DNA from: Alphaproteobacteria bacterium
GTDB lineage: Bacteria; Pseudomonadota; Alphaproteobacteria; MPNO01; UBA830
DNA length: 64,000 nt
Assembly: GCA_965243135.1 (NCBI GenBank)
Contig: OZ251539.1
Location: forward strand, 1,504,001-1,568,000
Reading direction: 5' to 3'
Shown piece after piece: positions 1 to 8,037 of the stretch (positions are counted from its first letter, which is position 1; the number at the start of each line of letters is the position of its first letter). The translations under genes were made by a program, and so were the position numbers. Below the pieces are notes generated by a model. That model searched no databases, was not told the origin of the DNA, and saw only the letters and a program-made list of their open reading frames with translations.

Positions 1-162
1 GGCGTTCTCGGCCGGCGCGCCGTCGGTCCGCCAGAGGTCCGTAAGCGCCAGCCCCGGCATCGAGTCCATCTCCTTGACCGCGGTCGCCTCGCCGTCGACG
101 AGGAAAACCGACTTGCCGTTTTCGTCGTGGCCGGTCACGACGCGGCGGATTTTTTCGACCAT
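1..162 (-). CDS. Cupin-domain protein, N-terminal part (runs off window start)
   Basis: Manual translation from ATG at 162: MVEKIRRVVTGHDENGKSVFLVDGEA...TDLWRT. The RRVVTGHD start is typical of this cupin family; overlaps the end of the FAH gene. Confidence 0.65.
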   Translation of the reverse strand, partial: MVEKIRRVVTGHDENGKSVFLVDGEATAVKEMDSMPGLALTDLWRTDGAPAENA

Positions 163-1133
163 CGTTCGTCCTCCCTGACGATTCTGTTCCGCAGAGTTCC
201 GATCCCCTCGACCTCGAGTTCCATCAGGTCGCCGTCCGCGAGATAGCGTCCGAGTTCGAGGCCGCACCCTCCGCCGACCGTTCCCGAACCGAAGAACTCG
301 CCGGGCCGCAGCGTTTCCGAGCGCGAAACGTGGGCGATCAGATCCTCGAAAGTCCAGTGGATGCTGCTCGAATGGCCGCGCGACCATTCTTCGCCGTTGA
401 TCCGCGCCGTCATGACGCAGTCGTAGGGGTCGAGCTCGTCGGCCGTGACGATGCACGGTCCGATCACGTTGCCGGTGTCGAAATCCTTGCCTTTGCCGGG
501 ACCGAGGCCTCCCGTCATCTCGACCGCCTGGACGTCGCGCGCGGACACGTCGTTGAAGACGGCGTAGCCGAAGATGTGCCGCCGGGCTTTTTCCTTCGGT
601 ATGTCGCGGCCGCCCTTGCCCACGAAGAAGCCGAACTCGAGCTCGTAGTCCATCGCGTCGGCGTAGGCGGGCCACGATACGTCCTCCCCGGTGCCGACGA
701 CCGCGAACCGGTTGGCCTTGTAGTAGATTGGCTGCCGGTACCAGACCTCGGGAACCCGGAACAGCCCGTTCCTCTCGAATTCCGCGAGCGCGGCCTCCGG
801 ATCGGGTTCGAGCGCGGCGCGGCTCTCGCGAAGCGCGCGGTAAGCCTGCACGAGATGCTCCTCGAAACACAGGCAGTCGCGGATCTGGGGCGGTTCGGGA
901 AGCGGCGTTCGGAGCGCCACGAGCGCCGTTTCGACGACGGCGGACGAAGGCGGGTCGGCGGCGACGGCGCGCGCAGCGTTCAGAGCCTCATCGCCGGCTT
1001 CGACGAGGCGCTTCATCGACGCGAAGGCGGGTTCCTGCCGGGCGGCGTGCAAATCGACCACCGCGGCGTCGTCCTCCACGAGCGCTCCCAGGCGGTCGGC
1101 ACCGTCGCCGCGTTTGAAAGTGATCAGCCGCAT
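135..1133 (-). CDS. Fumarylacetoacetate hydrolase family protein
   Basis: Motifs DYELE, FNDVSARD, GKGKDF, GSGTVGGGCGLE. Confidence 0.9.
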   Translation of the reverse strand: MRLITFKRGDGADRLGALVEDDAAVVDLHAARQEPAFASMKRLVEAGDEALNAARAVAADPPSSAVVETALVALRTPLPEPPQIRDCLCFEEHLVQAYRALRESRAALEPDPEAALAEFERNGLFRVPEVWYRQPIYYKANRFAVVGTGEDVSWPAYADAMDYELEFGFFVGKGGRDIPKEKARRHIFGYAVFNDVSARDVQAVEMTGGLGPGKGKDFDTGNVIGPCIVTADELDPYDCVMTARINGEEWSRGHSSSIHWTFEDLIAHVSRSETLRPGEFFGSGTVGGGCGLELGRYLADGDLMELEVEGIGTLRNRIVREDERWSKKSAAS

Positions 1134-1291
1134 GAGGCGTTACTGCGCGACCCGGCGGCCGAGGTCAAGCGGGCGAGCCGGGGCGGGCCGTCCGTCGCGA
1201 AAATCCGCGCAGGCCGGGTTTCCGTCCGCGCTTTGACCTCGAACGCGCAAATTGCGACGCTATAGAAAATCCGCGGGTCGGGAGGAGAACG

Positions 1292-2479
1292 ATGAACGCG
1301 CTGGACATCATGGACGAATCGGAGCGGGCGGCGGGCCTCGAGAAACGGGCGTTCGATCTTCTTCCGGTTCTCGAGGCGCGCGGCGCCGAAACCGAAAGGC
1401 TTCGCCGGTTGCCGGACGCCACCGTCGCGGACCTGAGATCGGCCGGACTGTCCCGACTTTGCCAGCCGCGAAAATACGGCGGGGCGGAGCTTCCGCTCGA
1501 CCGCGCGGTCCGCATCGTCGCGACGGTCGCTCGCGGATGCGCGTCCGCGGGCTGGATTTGCGCCATCCATTCGGATCACTCGATTCTCGTCAGCATGTTT
1601 CCGGCGGAGGTTTCGGAGGAAATCTGGGGCGAGAATCCCGAGGCGGCGGTTTCCGCCGGCTACTTTCCCGTCGGGCGCGTCGAACGGGCTTCGGGGGGCT
1701 GGAAACTGTCCGGAAAATGGGGGTGGGTAAGCGGTTGCGACTTCGCCGACTGGATTATCCTCGGGGCTTTCGTATCGCCCGGCGAGCCGGATCCGGGTCA
1801 CACCTTCTTTCTGGTGCCGCGAAGCGAAACGGAGATCGAAGACAACTGGCGCGTGATGGGCCTGCGGGGAACCGGAAGCAAGAACGTGGCGGTCGAGGAC
1901 CGCTTCGTGCCCGACCATCGAACGCTTCGCTTCGCCCAGGCGAGCGGCGGCGCGGAGGCTCGCGGAAACGGCGAGACGCGGCCGCTTTACCGGCTGCCGC
2001 ACGTGACCGCGGTGCCGTTCTTCTTCAACGGCGTCGGATTGGGCATCGCGGAGAGCACGCTCGACGCCGTCACAGATCAGATCGCGAACCGGGAATCGAT
2101 GGGCGTGAAGCTCGCGGGTCAACCGACTCTTCAGGCCGGCATCGCCGAGGCGGCGGCGGAGATCGACTGCGCGCGCCTGCTTGTCGAACGGGACGCGTCG
2201 GGGGCCATGGCGGCGATGCGCGAGGGCCGTTCCCTCACGCTTCGGGAAAAGGCTCGCAACCGTCGCGACCAAGCCTACGCCGGCCGGTTGTGCAAAAGCG
2301 CGGTCGGCAGGTTGCAGGGGATGGCGGGAGCCGGCGCGATATTCGACGGTCACGTTGTCGAGCGAAAGTTTCGCGACATGCACGCCGTAGCCAACCACAT
2401 CATCCAGAGCTGGGATATCGCGGCCACCACGTTCGGCGAGGTGACGTTCGGCCTCGAGCCGACGTCGCCGCTCATATAG
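1292..2479 (+). CDS. Flavin-dependent monooxygenase, acyl-CoA dehydrogenase fold (HsaA-like oxygenase component)
   Basis: LSGKWGWVSGCDFADW, WRVMGLRGTGS, FRDMHAVANH; RBS GGAGGAG upstream. Confidence 0.8.
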   Translation: MNALDIMDESERAAGLEKRAFDLLPVLEARGAETERLRRLPDATVADLRSAGLSRLCQPRKYGGAELPLDRAVRIVATVARGCASAGWICAIHSDHSILVSMFPAEVSEEIWGENPEAAVSAGYFPVGRVERASGGWKLSGKWGWVSGCDFADWIILGAFVSPGEPDPGHTFFLVPRSETEIEDNWRVMGLRGTGSKNVAVEDRFVPDHRTLRFAQASGGAEARGNGETRPLYRLPHVTAVPFFFNGVGLGIAESTLDAVTDQIANRESMGVKLAGQPTLQAGIAEAAAEIDCARLLVERDASGAMAAMREGRSLTLREKARNRRDQAYAGRLCKSAVGRLQGMAGAGAIFDGHVVERKFRDMHAVANHIIQSWDIAATTFGEVTFGLEPTSPLI

Positions 2480-2574
2480 GCCGTTCCTGACACTCCGAAG
2501 CCGCAGCCGCGGGGCGTCGGGTTGTTGCAGCCGGCCGGTCGTCGCGCTCCCTCGCGTGTCTGTGCAATAAAAAT

Positions 2575-2616
2575 CATGAAATTTGTCTTGAATAATTGTT
2601 TTTCATGGAACATAAT
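2575..2616 (+). promoter_or_regulatory. Sigma70-type promoter of the fic gene with overlapping inverted repeat
   Basis: TTGAAT (2588-2593), 17 bp spacer, CATAAT (2611-2616); CATGAAA (2575-2581) / TTTCATG (2601-2607) inverted repeat in an AT-rich patch. Confidence 0.6.
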
Positions 2617-2673
2617 CGAATTTCAATGCCGAATCGCCTTGGTCGGCGGGAGGCGGAGTTGTCAGGAAAATTC

Positions 2674-4224
2674 ATGGACGCCGCTCCGCAGCATCGGTTT
2701 TCAGGCCCCGTCGCGGTTTTTCAGGATCGCCGGCTGCCCGAACGCGCGACTCCGGCCGGCTACGCCGCGCTGATCGACGCTTTCGATCTCGACGTTCCGC
2801 CGCCTGTTCGCCTGTCCGCGATCGGGGAGAAACATCGCGTCTACCGACGCGACGGTTGGCAGATCTACACCCCCCGCCATGCTCCCGAACCGACCGTCGA
2901 GGGACACCTCGTCTTCGCCTTGAGATACGAAGGACTCGATCTCGCGGTTCTGCGCCGACTCTTTCTCGCCGCGGGACCGCGCCCGATCGAGAGCTTCGCG
3001 CGCGCCAGACCGACGAGCGCCTACGCCCGGCGGCTATGGTTCCTCTACGAATGGCTGCTGGGACAGGCGCTCGATCTTCCCGACGCGCGGAATGGCAGCT
3101 ACGTTCCGGCCGTCGATTCCGACCGTCAGTTCGATACGGAAGGCGACCTGTCGCCGCGCCACCGGGTGCGCGACAACATGCCCGGTACGCCGGCTTTCTG
3201 TCCGATGGTCTTTCGAAGCGAGCGTCTGGAAGCCTTTGCGGCCCGCAATATGTCCGAACGGGCGCGGGAAGCCGCGGAAGCCGTACCTGCGGATGTCCTT
3301 TCCCGCGCCGCCGCCTTTCTGCTGCTCAAGGATTCCAGGGCCAGTTACGCCATCGAAGGCGAGCGACCGCCCCAGGACCGGATCCAGCGGTGGGCGCGCG
3401 CGATCGACGAAGCCGGTCGGAGGCCGATCGATCTCGACGAATTGCTTCATCTTCAGCGCCTTGTCATCGGCGACGCCCGGTTCGTCCGAATCGGCTTGCG
3501 CAGGGAAGGCGGTTTCGTGGGCGAGCACGATCGCGAGACCATGGCGCCGTTGCCTGACCATGTAAGCGCCCGTCACGAAGACGTTCCCTCGTTGATCGAC
3601 GGACTGATCGGGTTCGACCGCGCCGCCGCCCGATCGCTCGACCCCGTCGTCGCCGCGGCGGTCCTGGCCTTCGGCTTCGTCTACGTCCATCCCTTCGAGG
3701 ACGGAAACGGACGCCTGCATCGCTACCTCGTCCATCATGCGCTCGCCGAACGCGGATTCAATCCGCCAGGAGTCGTTTTTCCCGTCTCGGCCGTCATGTT
3801 GGATCGCATCGAGGACTACAAGCGGGTTCTCGAAACGGGCTCCTCGCGCATGCTTCCTCACGTTCGTTGGGAGCCGACCGCGCGCAACAACGTGCGGGTT
3901 CTGAACGAGACGGCGGACTTCTACCGGTATTTCGACGCCACGCCGCACGCGGAGTTTCTCTACGCGTGCGTAGAGCGGACGATCGAAGAGGATTTGCCGC
4001 GGGAAGCCGATTTCTTGAGGCTGCACGACCGGTTCCGAATGGAGACCACTGCCGTCGTCGACATGCCGGATCGTTTTCTGGATCTGTTGTTTCGCTTCCT
4101 CGACCAGAACGACGGGCGCTTGCGGGCCCGAACGGGCGAATTCGCCGAGTTGCGCCCCGAAGAGGTCACGGCCGTGGAAGCGATCTACCAGCGCCTGTTC
4201 AAGGCGGACGCTGCGGGTGGTTGA
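2674..4224 (+). CDS. Fic family protein with internal inhibitory motif
   Basis: Canonical HPFEDGNGRLHR motif; SYAIEG matches (S/T)xxxE(G/N). Start placed downstream of the promoter (TTG at 2659 is an alternative). Confidence 0.9.
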   Translation: MDAAPQHRFSGPVAVFQDRRLPERATPAGYAALIDAFDLDVPPPVRLSAIGEKHRVYRRDGWQIYTPRHAPEPTVEGHLVFALRYEGLDLAVLRRLFLAAGPRPIESFARARPTSAYARRLWFLYEWLLGQALDLPDARNGSYVPAVDSDRQFDTEGDLSPRHRVRDNMPGTPAFCPMVFRSERLEAFAARNMSERAREAAEAVPADVLSRAAAFLLLKDSRASYAIEGERPPQDRIQRWARAIDEAGRRPIDLDELLHLQRLVIGDARFVRIGLRREGGFVGEHDRETMAPLPDHVSARHEDVPSLIDGLIGFDRAAARSLDPVVAAAVLAFGFVYVHPFEDGNGRLHRYLVHHALAERGFNPPGVVFPVSAVMLDRIEDYKRVLETGSSRMLPHVRWEPTARNNVRVLNETADFYRYFDATPHAEFLYACVERTIEEDLPREADFLRLHDRFRMETTAVVDMPDRFLDLLFRFLDQNDGRLRARTGEFAELRPEEVTAVEAIYQRLFKADAAGG

Positions 4225-4769
4225 TTCTTGAGATCCGGCGAGACAGCGCGTCGTCGCGCTCCCGTTTTCGTCCCGGCGGCGGCTCCGCCCACCCGCGATT
4301 TCTTCGGCGCAACCTTCGCCCCTTCGCCTCTCGAAGTCGGCTCCGGGCGCGGCTTTACCGCGTTCAGGCGTCTCCGGCCGAACATCGGCGTTTCCCGCGC
4401 TGAAGAGGCGGCGAACGAGCGCTCCGCCCAACGCCGATCGGGAGACGAACGGCATCGGCGGGAAATCGGCGATCTTTGGGGAGGGCGAGGTTCGCCTGCG
4501 CACGATCCTCGATACCGAAGGCCCTGCGGCGCTCCGCTCTCAAGTAACGTCGCCCGGCGGCGCCTTTCGGCGGCGCCGGGCGCGAAAAATGCCGCTGGAC
4601 GCCGGGGCAGAGAGTGCGGCCGCCGCCTGAATAAGCCATTGCGGGGAGATTTTCGCGCCGCTCCCGGGGGATGCCCGCAGTCCCCGGGAGCGTCCGCTGC
4701 GAATCTGCAACCGCGTCGACAACGCTTGCCGTAAGCGCCGCACGCTGCGAAATCTCGAACGTACGGCAT

Positions 4770-4860
4770 CCCAAAAAATTTTATTTCTGCTATACGTTCC
4801 CCTTGAAAACTTTTCATAACGCTATATGTTCATTTTATGTAATGCATTTCTGAAGGTTTT
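4770..4860 (+). promoter_or_regulatory. AT-rich putative promoter region of the rpn gene
   Basis: Strongly AT-rich patch containing TTGAAA (4803-4808) and TATGTT (4825-4830). Confidence 0.35.
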
Positions 4861-4911
4861 GGAATGTCCCCCCCGCGTCGACCGCGAAGGAGACGGAGAG
4901 GAGTCAAAGCC

Positions 4912-5988
4912 ATGGGTTACGACGCCATATACAAGAGTTTGTTCAATCATAGGCGGGTGTTCGCCGATCTGCTGCGCGGCTTCATCCCGACAAGGCTAAC
5001 CGGTACGATCGATTTCGATACCCTGCAACCGGTGCCGACGGAATACGCGAGCGGACGTCCGCTGCAGAGCGACATGGTCTGGCGCGTGCGCGTTCGCAAG
5101 GGCGGCCTGGAAGGGTGGTACTATGTTCTGGTGGAGTTCCAGTCCACGAGCGACTGGAAGATGGCGCTTCGTATGCTGAGATATGCTGGGGACATGCTCG
5201 ACAAGCTGTCGAACAACTTTCCGAAGCGTTCCGGCTGGAAACTGCCCCGAATACTGCCGGTGGTCATCTACAACGGGCGGAGTCCTTGGTTGGCGCCGGA
5301 GGGGATGGGCGATTTGAGCGTGGAGGTCGACGAAGATCTTCTGCCGTACGAGCCGCGGCAAAATTTCTTTCTGATTGACATTGGCAAGGTGGGCGTCAAC
5401 GATGCGCTGTTGGACAATGTGTTGTACGCGGAGGCGTTGATCGAGCAGGGCCGATGGGATGAGCTGCTGTCGGCGCTGCCGAAGCTGGATAAGGTGATCG
5501 ACCCGGACGCCGAAGCGGATCTTCGCTGTCTGATCGCGGAGTTGGTGCGGCAGGCGGCGGCAGGCGGCGGTCAGGCGACCGACGGCGAGGCGCTGGCGAA
5601 ACTGAAGGCGTACCAGAGGAAAGGGGAGCTGGGAGCGATGGGATCGTTGTTGGCCAAACGGATGGACGAGGCTATCGAGGAGAGAAGCGCCAAGGCCATG
5701 GCAAAGGGCAGGACAGAGGGCATGGCCCAAGGCATGGCCGAAGGCATGGCCGAAGGCATGGCCCAAGGCATGGCGCGGGGCATGGCGCGGGGCAAAGAGC
5801 ATCAGCGGGCGATGTTGTCGCGTCTGGCGGCGCGGAAGTTCGATGCGGATACGGCAACGCGGCTCGGGGCGCTGCTGGCGGCCGTCGACGACCCCGATGG
5901 CCTTGCCGCAATCGGGGACTGCTTGATCGACTGCGAAGATGGCGACGAGTTGCTGTCCCGCGTGGCGGGCGTCGCCAAACAGCACTGA
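4912..5988 (+). CDS. Rpn family (YhgA-like) PD-(D/E)XK nuclease / putative transposase
   Basis: YDAIYKSLF, SDMVWRV, YVLVEFQS, MALRMLRY, LPVVIYNG; C-terminal EG(M/R)xxG repeats; RBS GAGGAG before ATG 4912. Confidence 0.9.
   Translation: MGYDAIYKSLFNHRRVFADLLRGFIPTRLTGTIDFDTLQPVPTEYASGRPLQSDMVWRVRVRKGGLEGWYYVLVEFQSTSDWKMALRMLRYAGDMLDKLSNNFPKRSGWKLPRILPVVIYNGRSPWLAPEGMGDLSVEVDEDLLPYEPRQNFFLIDIGKVGVNDALLDNVLYAEALIEQGRWDELLSALPKLDKVIDPDAEADLRCLIAELVRQAAAGGGQATDGEALAKLKAYQRKGELGAMGSLLAKRMDEAIEERSAKAMAKGRTEGMAQGMAEGMAEGMAQGMARGMARGKEHQRAMLSRLAARKFDADTATRLGALLAAVDDPDGLAAIGDCLIDCEDGDELLSRVAGVAKQH
5638..5988 (+). CDS. Putative internally initiated small Rpn C-terminal protein (RpnS-like antitoxin)
   Basis: In-frame ATG at 5638 preceded by AGGAAAGGGGAGCTGGGAGCG, just before the C-terminal repeat/helical domain. 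Confidence 0.5.
   Translation: MGSLLAKRMDEAIEERSAKAMAKGRTEGMAQGMAEGMAEGMAQGMARGMARGKEHQRAMLSRLAARKFDADTATRLGALLAAVDDPDGLAAIGDCLIDCEDGDELLSRVAGVAKQH
5719..5790 (+). repeat. Six 12-bp tandem units GGCATGGCNNNN encoding GMA(Q/E/R)
   Basis: Directly visible tandem repeat. Confidence 0.9.
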
Positions 5989-6260
5989 ACGGCGTCTGAC
6001 GACCGGTCCCGTCGCGGCTAGCGGACGCTTGCGAACCGGAGGCGTGCGCCCCGCCGCCATTCAGGCTCGTCGCCTGCGCTGCGCCTTGTCTCGAACGTTG
6101 TTCCGCCTGTCCTGCGGTCGTGCAGGCGGAAACCGAACCCGGCGGCCGATCCGAAATCGGCGGTTGGCAAAAAATGGCCGGCGCGAGCGCGTTGGCTCTT
6201 CCGGCGTTCGCGCTGTCGCCGGGAATCGGCCATAATCGTCCGGTTCGCAGGGAGGCTCGC

Positions 6261-7037
6261 ATGCCACGCTGTCTCGTCGACATTTCCGTGCCGCTCGAAG
6301 CGGGGATCAAGTCCGACCCCGACTTCATGTTGCCGAAGATCGTCTACCGCGGCCACGCCGAAACCGCGAAGGACGTCTGCGCGCTGTTTCCCGGCCTCGA
6401 GCCCGAACAGCTGCCGGACGGCATGGGCTGGGCGATCGAGGAGATCGAGCTTACGACCCACAACGGCACGCATGTCGACGCTCCGTGGCACTATCACCCG
6501 ACGATGGACGGCGGCAGGCGCGCCGCCGCGATCGACGAAATCCCGCTCGACTGGTGTTACAGGCCCGGGGTCAAGTTCGATTTCCGCCATTTCGAAGACG
6601 GATATCTCGTCACGCCCCGCGACATGCAGGCGGAGCTCGACCGCATAGGCCACGAGCTGAAGCCGTACGACATCGTCGTGGTCAACACTTCGGCCGGAGA
6701 GCGCTACGGCAAGGACGACTACCTTTCGAAAGGCTGCGGCTTCGGCCGCGAATCCACGCTGTGGCTGACGGAACGAGGCGTGCGAGTCGTCGGCACCGAC
6801 GCCTGGACCTGGGACGCGCCGTTTCCGCATACCCTCGAGCGCTGGAAGCGGACGCGGGATCCCTCGATCATCTGGGAAGGCCACAAGGCCGGGATGGAAA
6901 GGGGATATTGCCAGATCGAGAAGATGGGCAATCTGGACAAGCTGCCGTCGACCGGCTTCGAAGTCATCTGTTTCCCGACCAGGATCAAGGGCGCGTCGGG
7001 CGGCTGGACCCGCGCGGTCGCGGTCATCGACGAGTAG
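6261..7037 (+). CDS. Cyclase family (kynurenine formamidase-like) metal-dependent hydrolase
   Basis: THNGTHVDAPWH motif, GTDAWTWD, QIEKM; RBS GGGAGG before ATG 6261. Confidence 0.88.
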   Translation: MPRCLVDISVPLEAGIKSDPDFMLPKIVYRGHAETAKDVCALFPGLEPEQLPDGMGWAIEEIELTTHNGTHVDAPWHYHPTMDGGRRAAAIDEIPLDWCYRPGVKFDFRHFEDGYLVTPRDMQAELDRIGHELKPYDIVVVNTSAGERYGKDDYLSKGCGFGRESTLWLTERGVRVVGTDAWTWDAPFPHTLERWKRTRDPSIIWEGHKAGMERGYCQIEKMGNLDKLPSTGFEVICFPTRIKGASGGWTRAVAVIDE

Positions 7038-7076
7038 AAACCGGCCCCGTGCGGGCGAAGCCAAGGAACGAAGACT

Positions 7077-8015
7077 ATGGCGAAAGACGGAAAAGTCATC
7101 ATCACCTGCGCGGTAACCGGGTCGATTCACACGCCCACGATGTCGCCGCATCTGCCGATCACTCCGGACGAGATCGCCGAAGGCGCTGTCGCCGCCGCGG
7201 AGGCGGGCGCTTCGATCCTGCATCTGCATGCGCGGGATCCGAAGGACGGCCGCCCGACGCCCGACCCCGCGGTGTTCATGGAGTTTCTGCCGCGAATCAA
7301 GCAGCAGACGGACGCTGTCGTGAACATCACGACGGGCGGCGGACACGGCATGACGCTCGAAGAGCGCTGCGCGGCGGCGCTGCATGCGAGTCCGGAGATG
7401 ACGTCGCTCAACATGGGGTCGATGAACTTCGGACTCTTCCCGATACTCGACAAGGGCATGGACTGGCGGCACGAGTGGGAACCGGCCTATCTGGAGATGA
7501 CGCGGGATTTTATCTTCAGGAATACTTTCAAGGATATAGAATGGGTTCTTAAGGAACTAGGCGAAGGCCATGGCGTGCGCTTCGAGTACGAGTGCTACGA
7601 CATGGGGCACCTCTACAACCTGGCGCATTTCCTCGACCGCGGGATGATCGAGCCGCCGGTCTTCGTGCAGACGATCTTCGGCATACTCGGCGGCATCGGG
7701 GCCGACATCGAGAATCTCGCGCACATGCGGCGGATTGCCAACAAGCTGTTCGGAGAAGAAAACTACGAATGGTCGATCCTGGCGGCCGGCCGTCATCAGA
7801 TGAACTTCGTCACGACCGGCGCCATCATGGGCGGCAACGTCCGCGTCGGTCTCGAGGATTCGCTTTATCTCGGCAAGGGCGTCCTCGCCGAGAGCAATGC
7901 CGATCAGGTCGCGAAGATCCGGCGGATCGTCGAGGATCTCTCGCTCGAGGTCGCCACTCCGGCCGAGGCGCGCGAACGGCTGAGGCTCAAGGGCGGCGAC
8001 ATGGTGAAGTTCTGA
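7077..8015 (+). CDS. Beta-keto acid cleavage enzyme (BKACE/DUF849, Kce family)
   Basis: IITCAVTG, HLHARD, SLNMGSMNFG, RVGLEDS. Confidence 0.92.
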   Translation: MAKDGKVIITCAVTGSIHTPTMSPHLPITPDEIAEGAVAAAEAGASILHLHARDPKDGRPTPDPAVFMEFLPRIKQQTDAVVNITTGGGHGMTLEERCAAALHASPEMTSLNMGSMNFGLFPILDKGMDWRHEWEPAYLEMTRDFIFRNTFKDIEWVLKELGEGHGVRFEYECYDMGHLYNLAHFLDRGMIEPPVFVQTIFGILGGIGADIENLAHMRRIANKLFGEENYEWSILAAGRHQMNFVTTGAIMGGNVRVGLEDSLYLGKGVLAESNADQVAKIRRIVEDLSLEVATPAEARERLRLKGGDMVKF

Positions 8016-8037
8016 TTTTCCGGCGGCGCGTTCGCCG

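Noticed and set aside
4225-4770. Structured ncRNA between fic and rpn (hairpins near 4551-4582 and 4659-4692)
   Set aside because: Hairpins are expected at this GC content, and no recognisable RNA family motif is present; an Rfam search would be needed.
5719-5790. CRISPR array
   Set aside because: These are 12-bp in-frame coding repeats with no spacers, and there are no cas genes.
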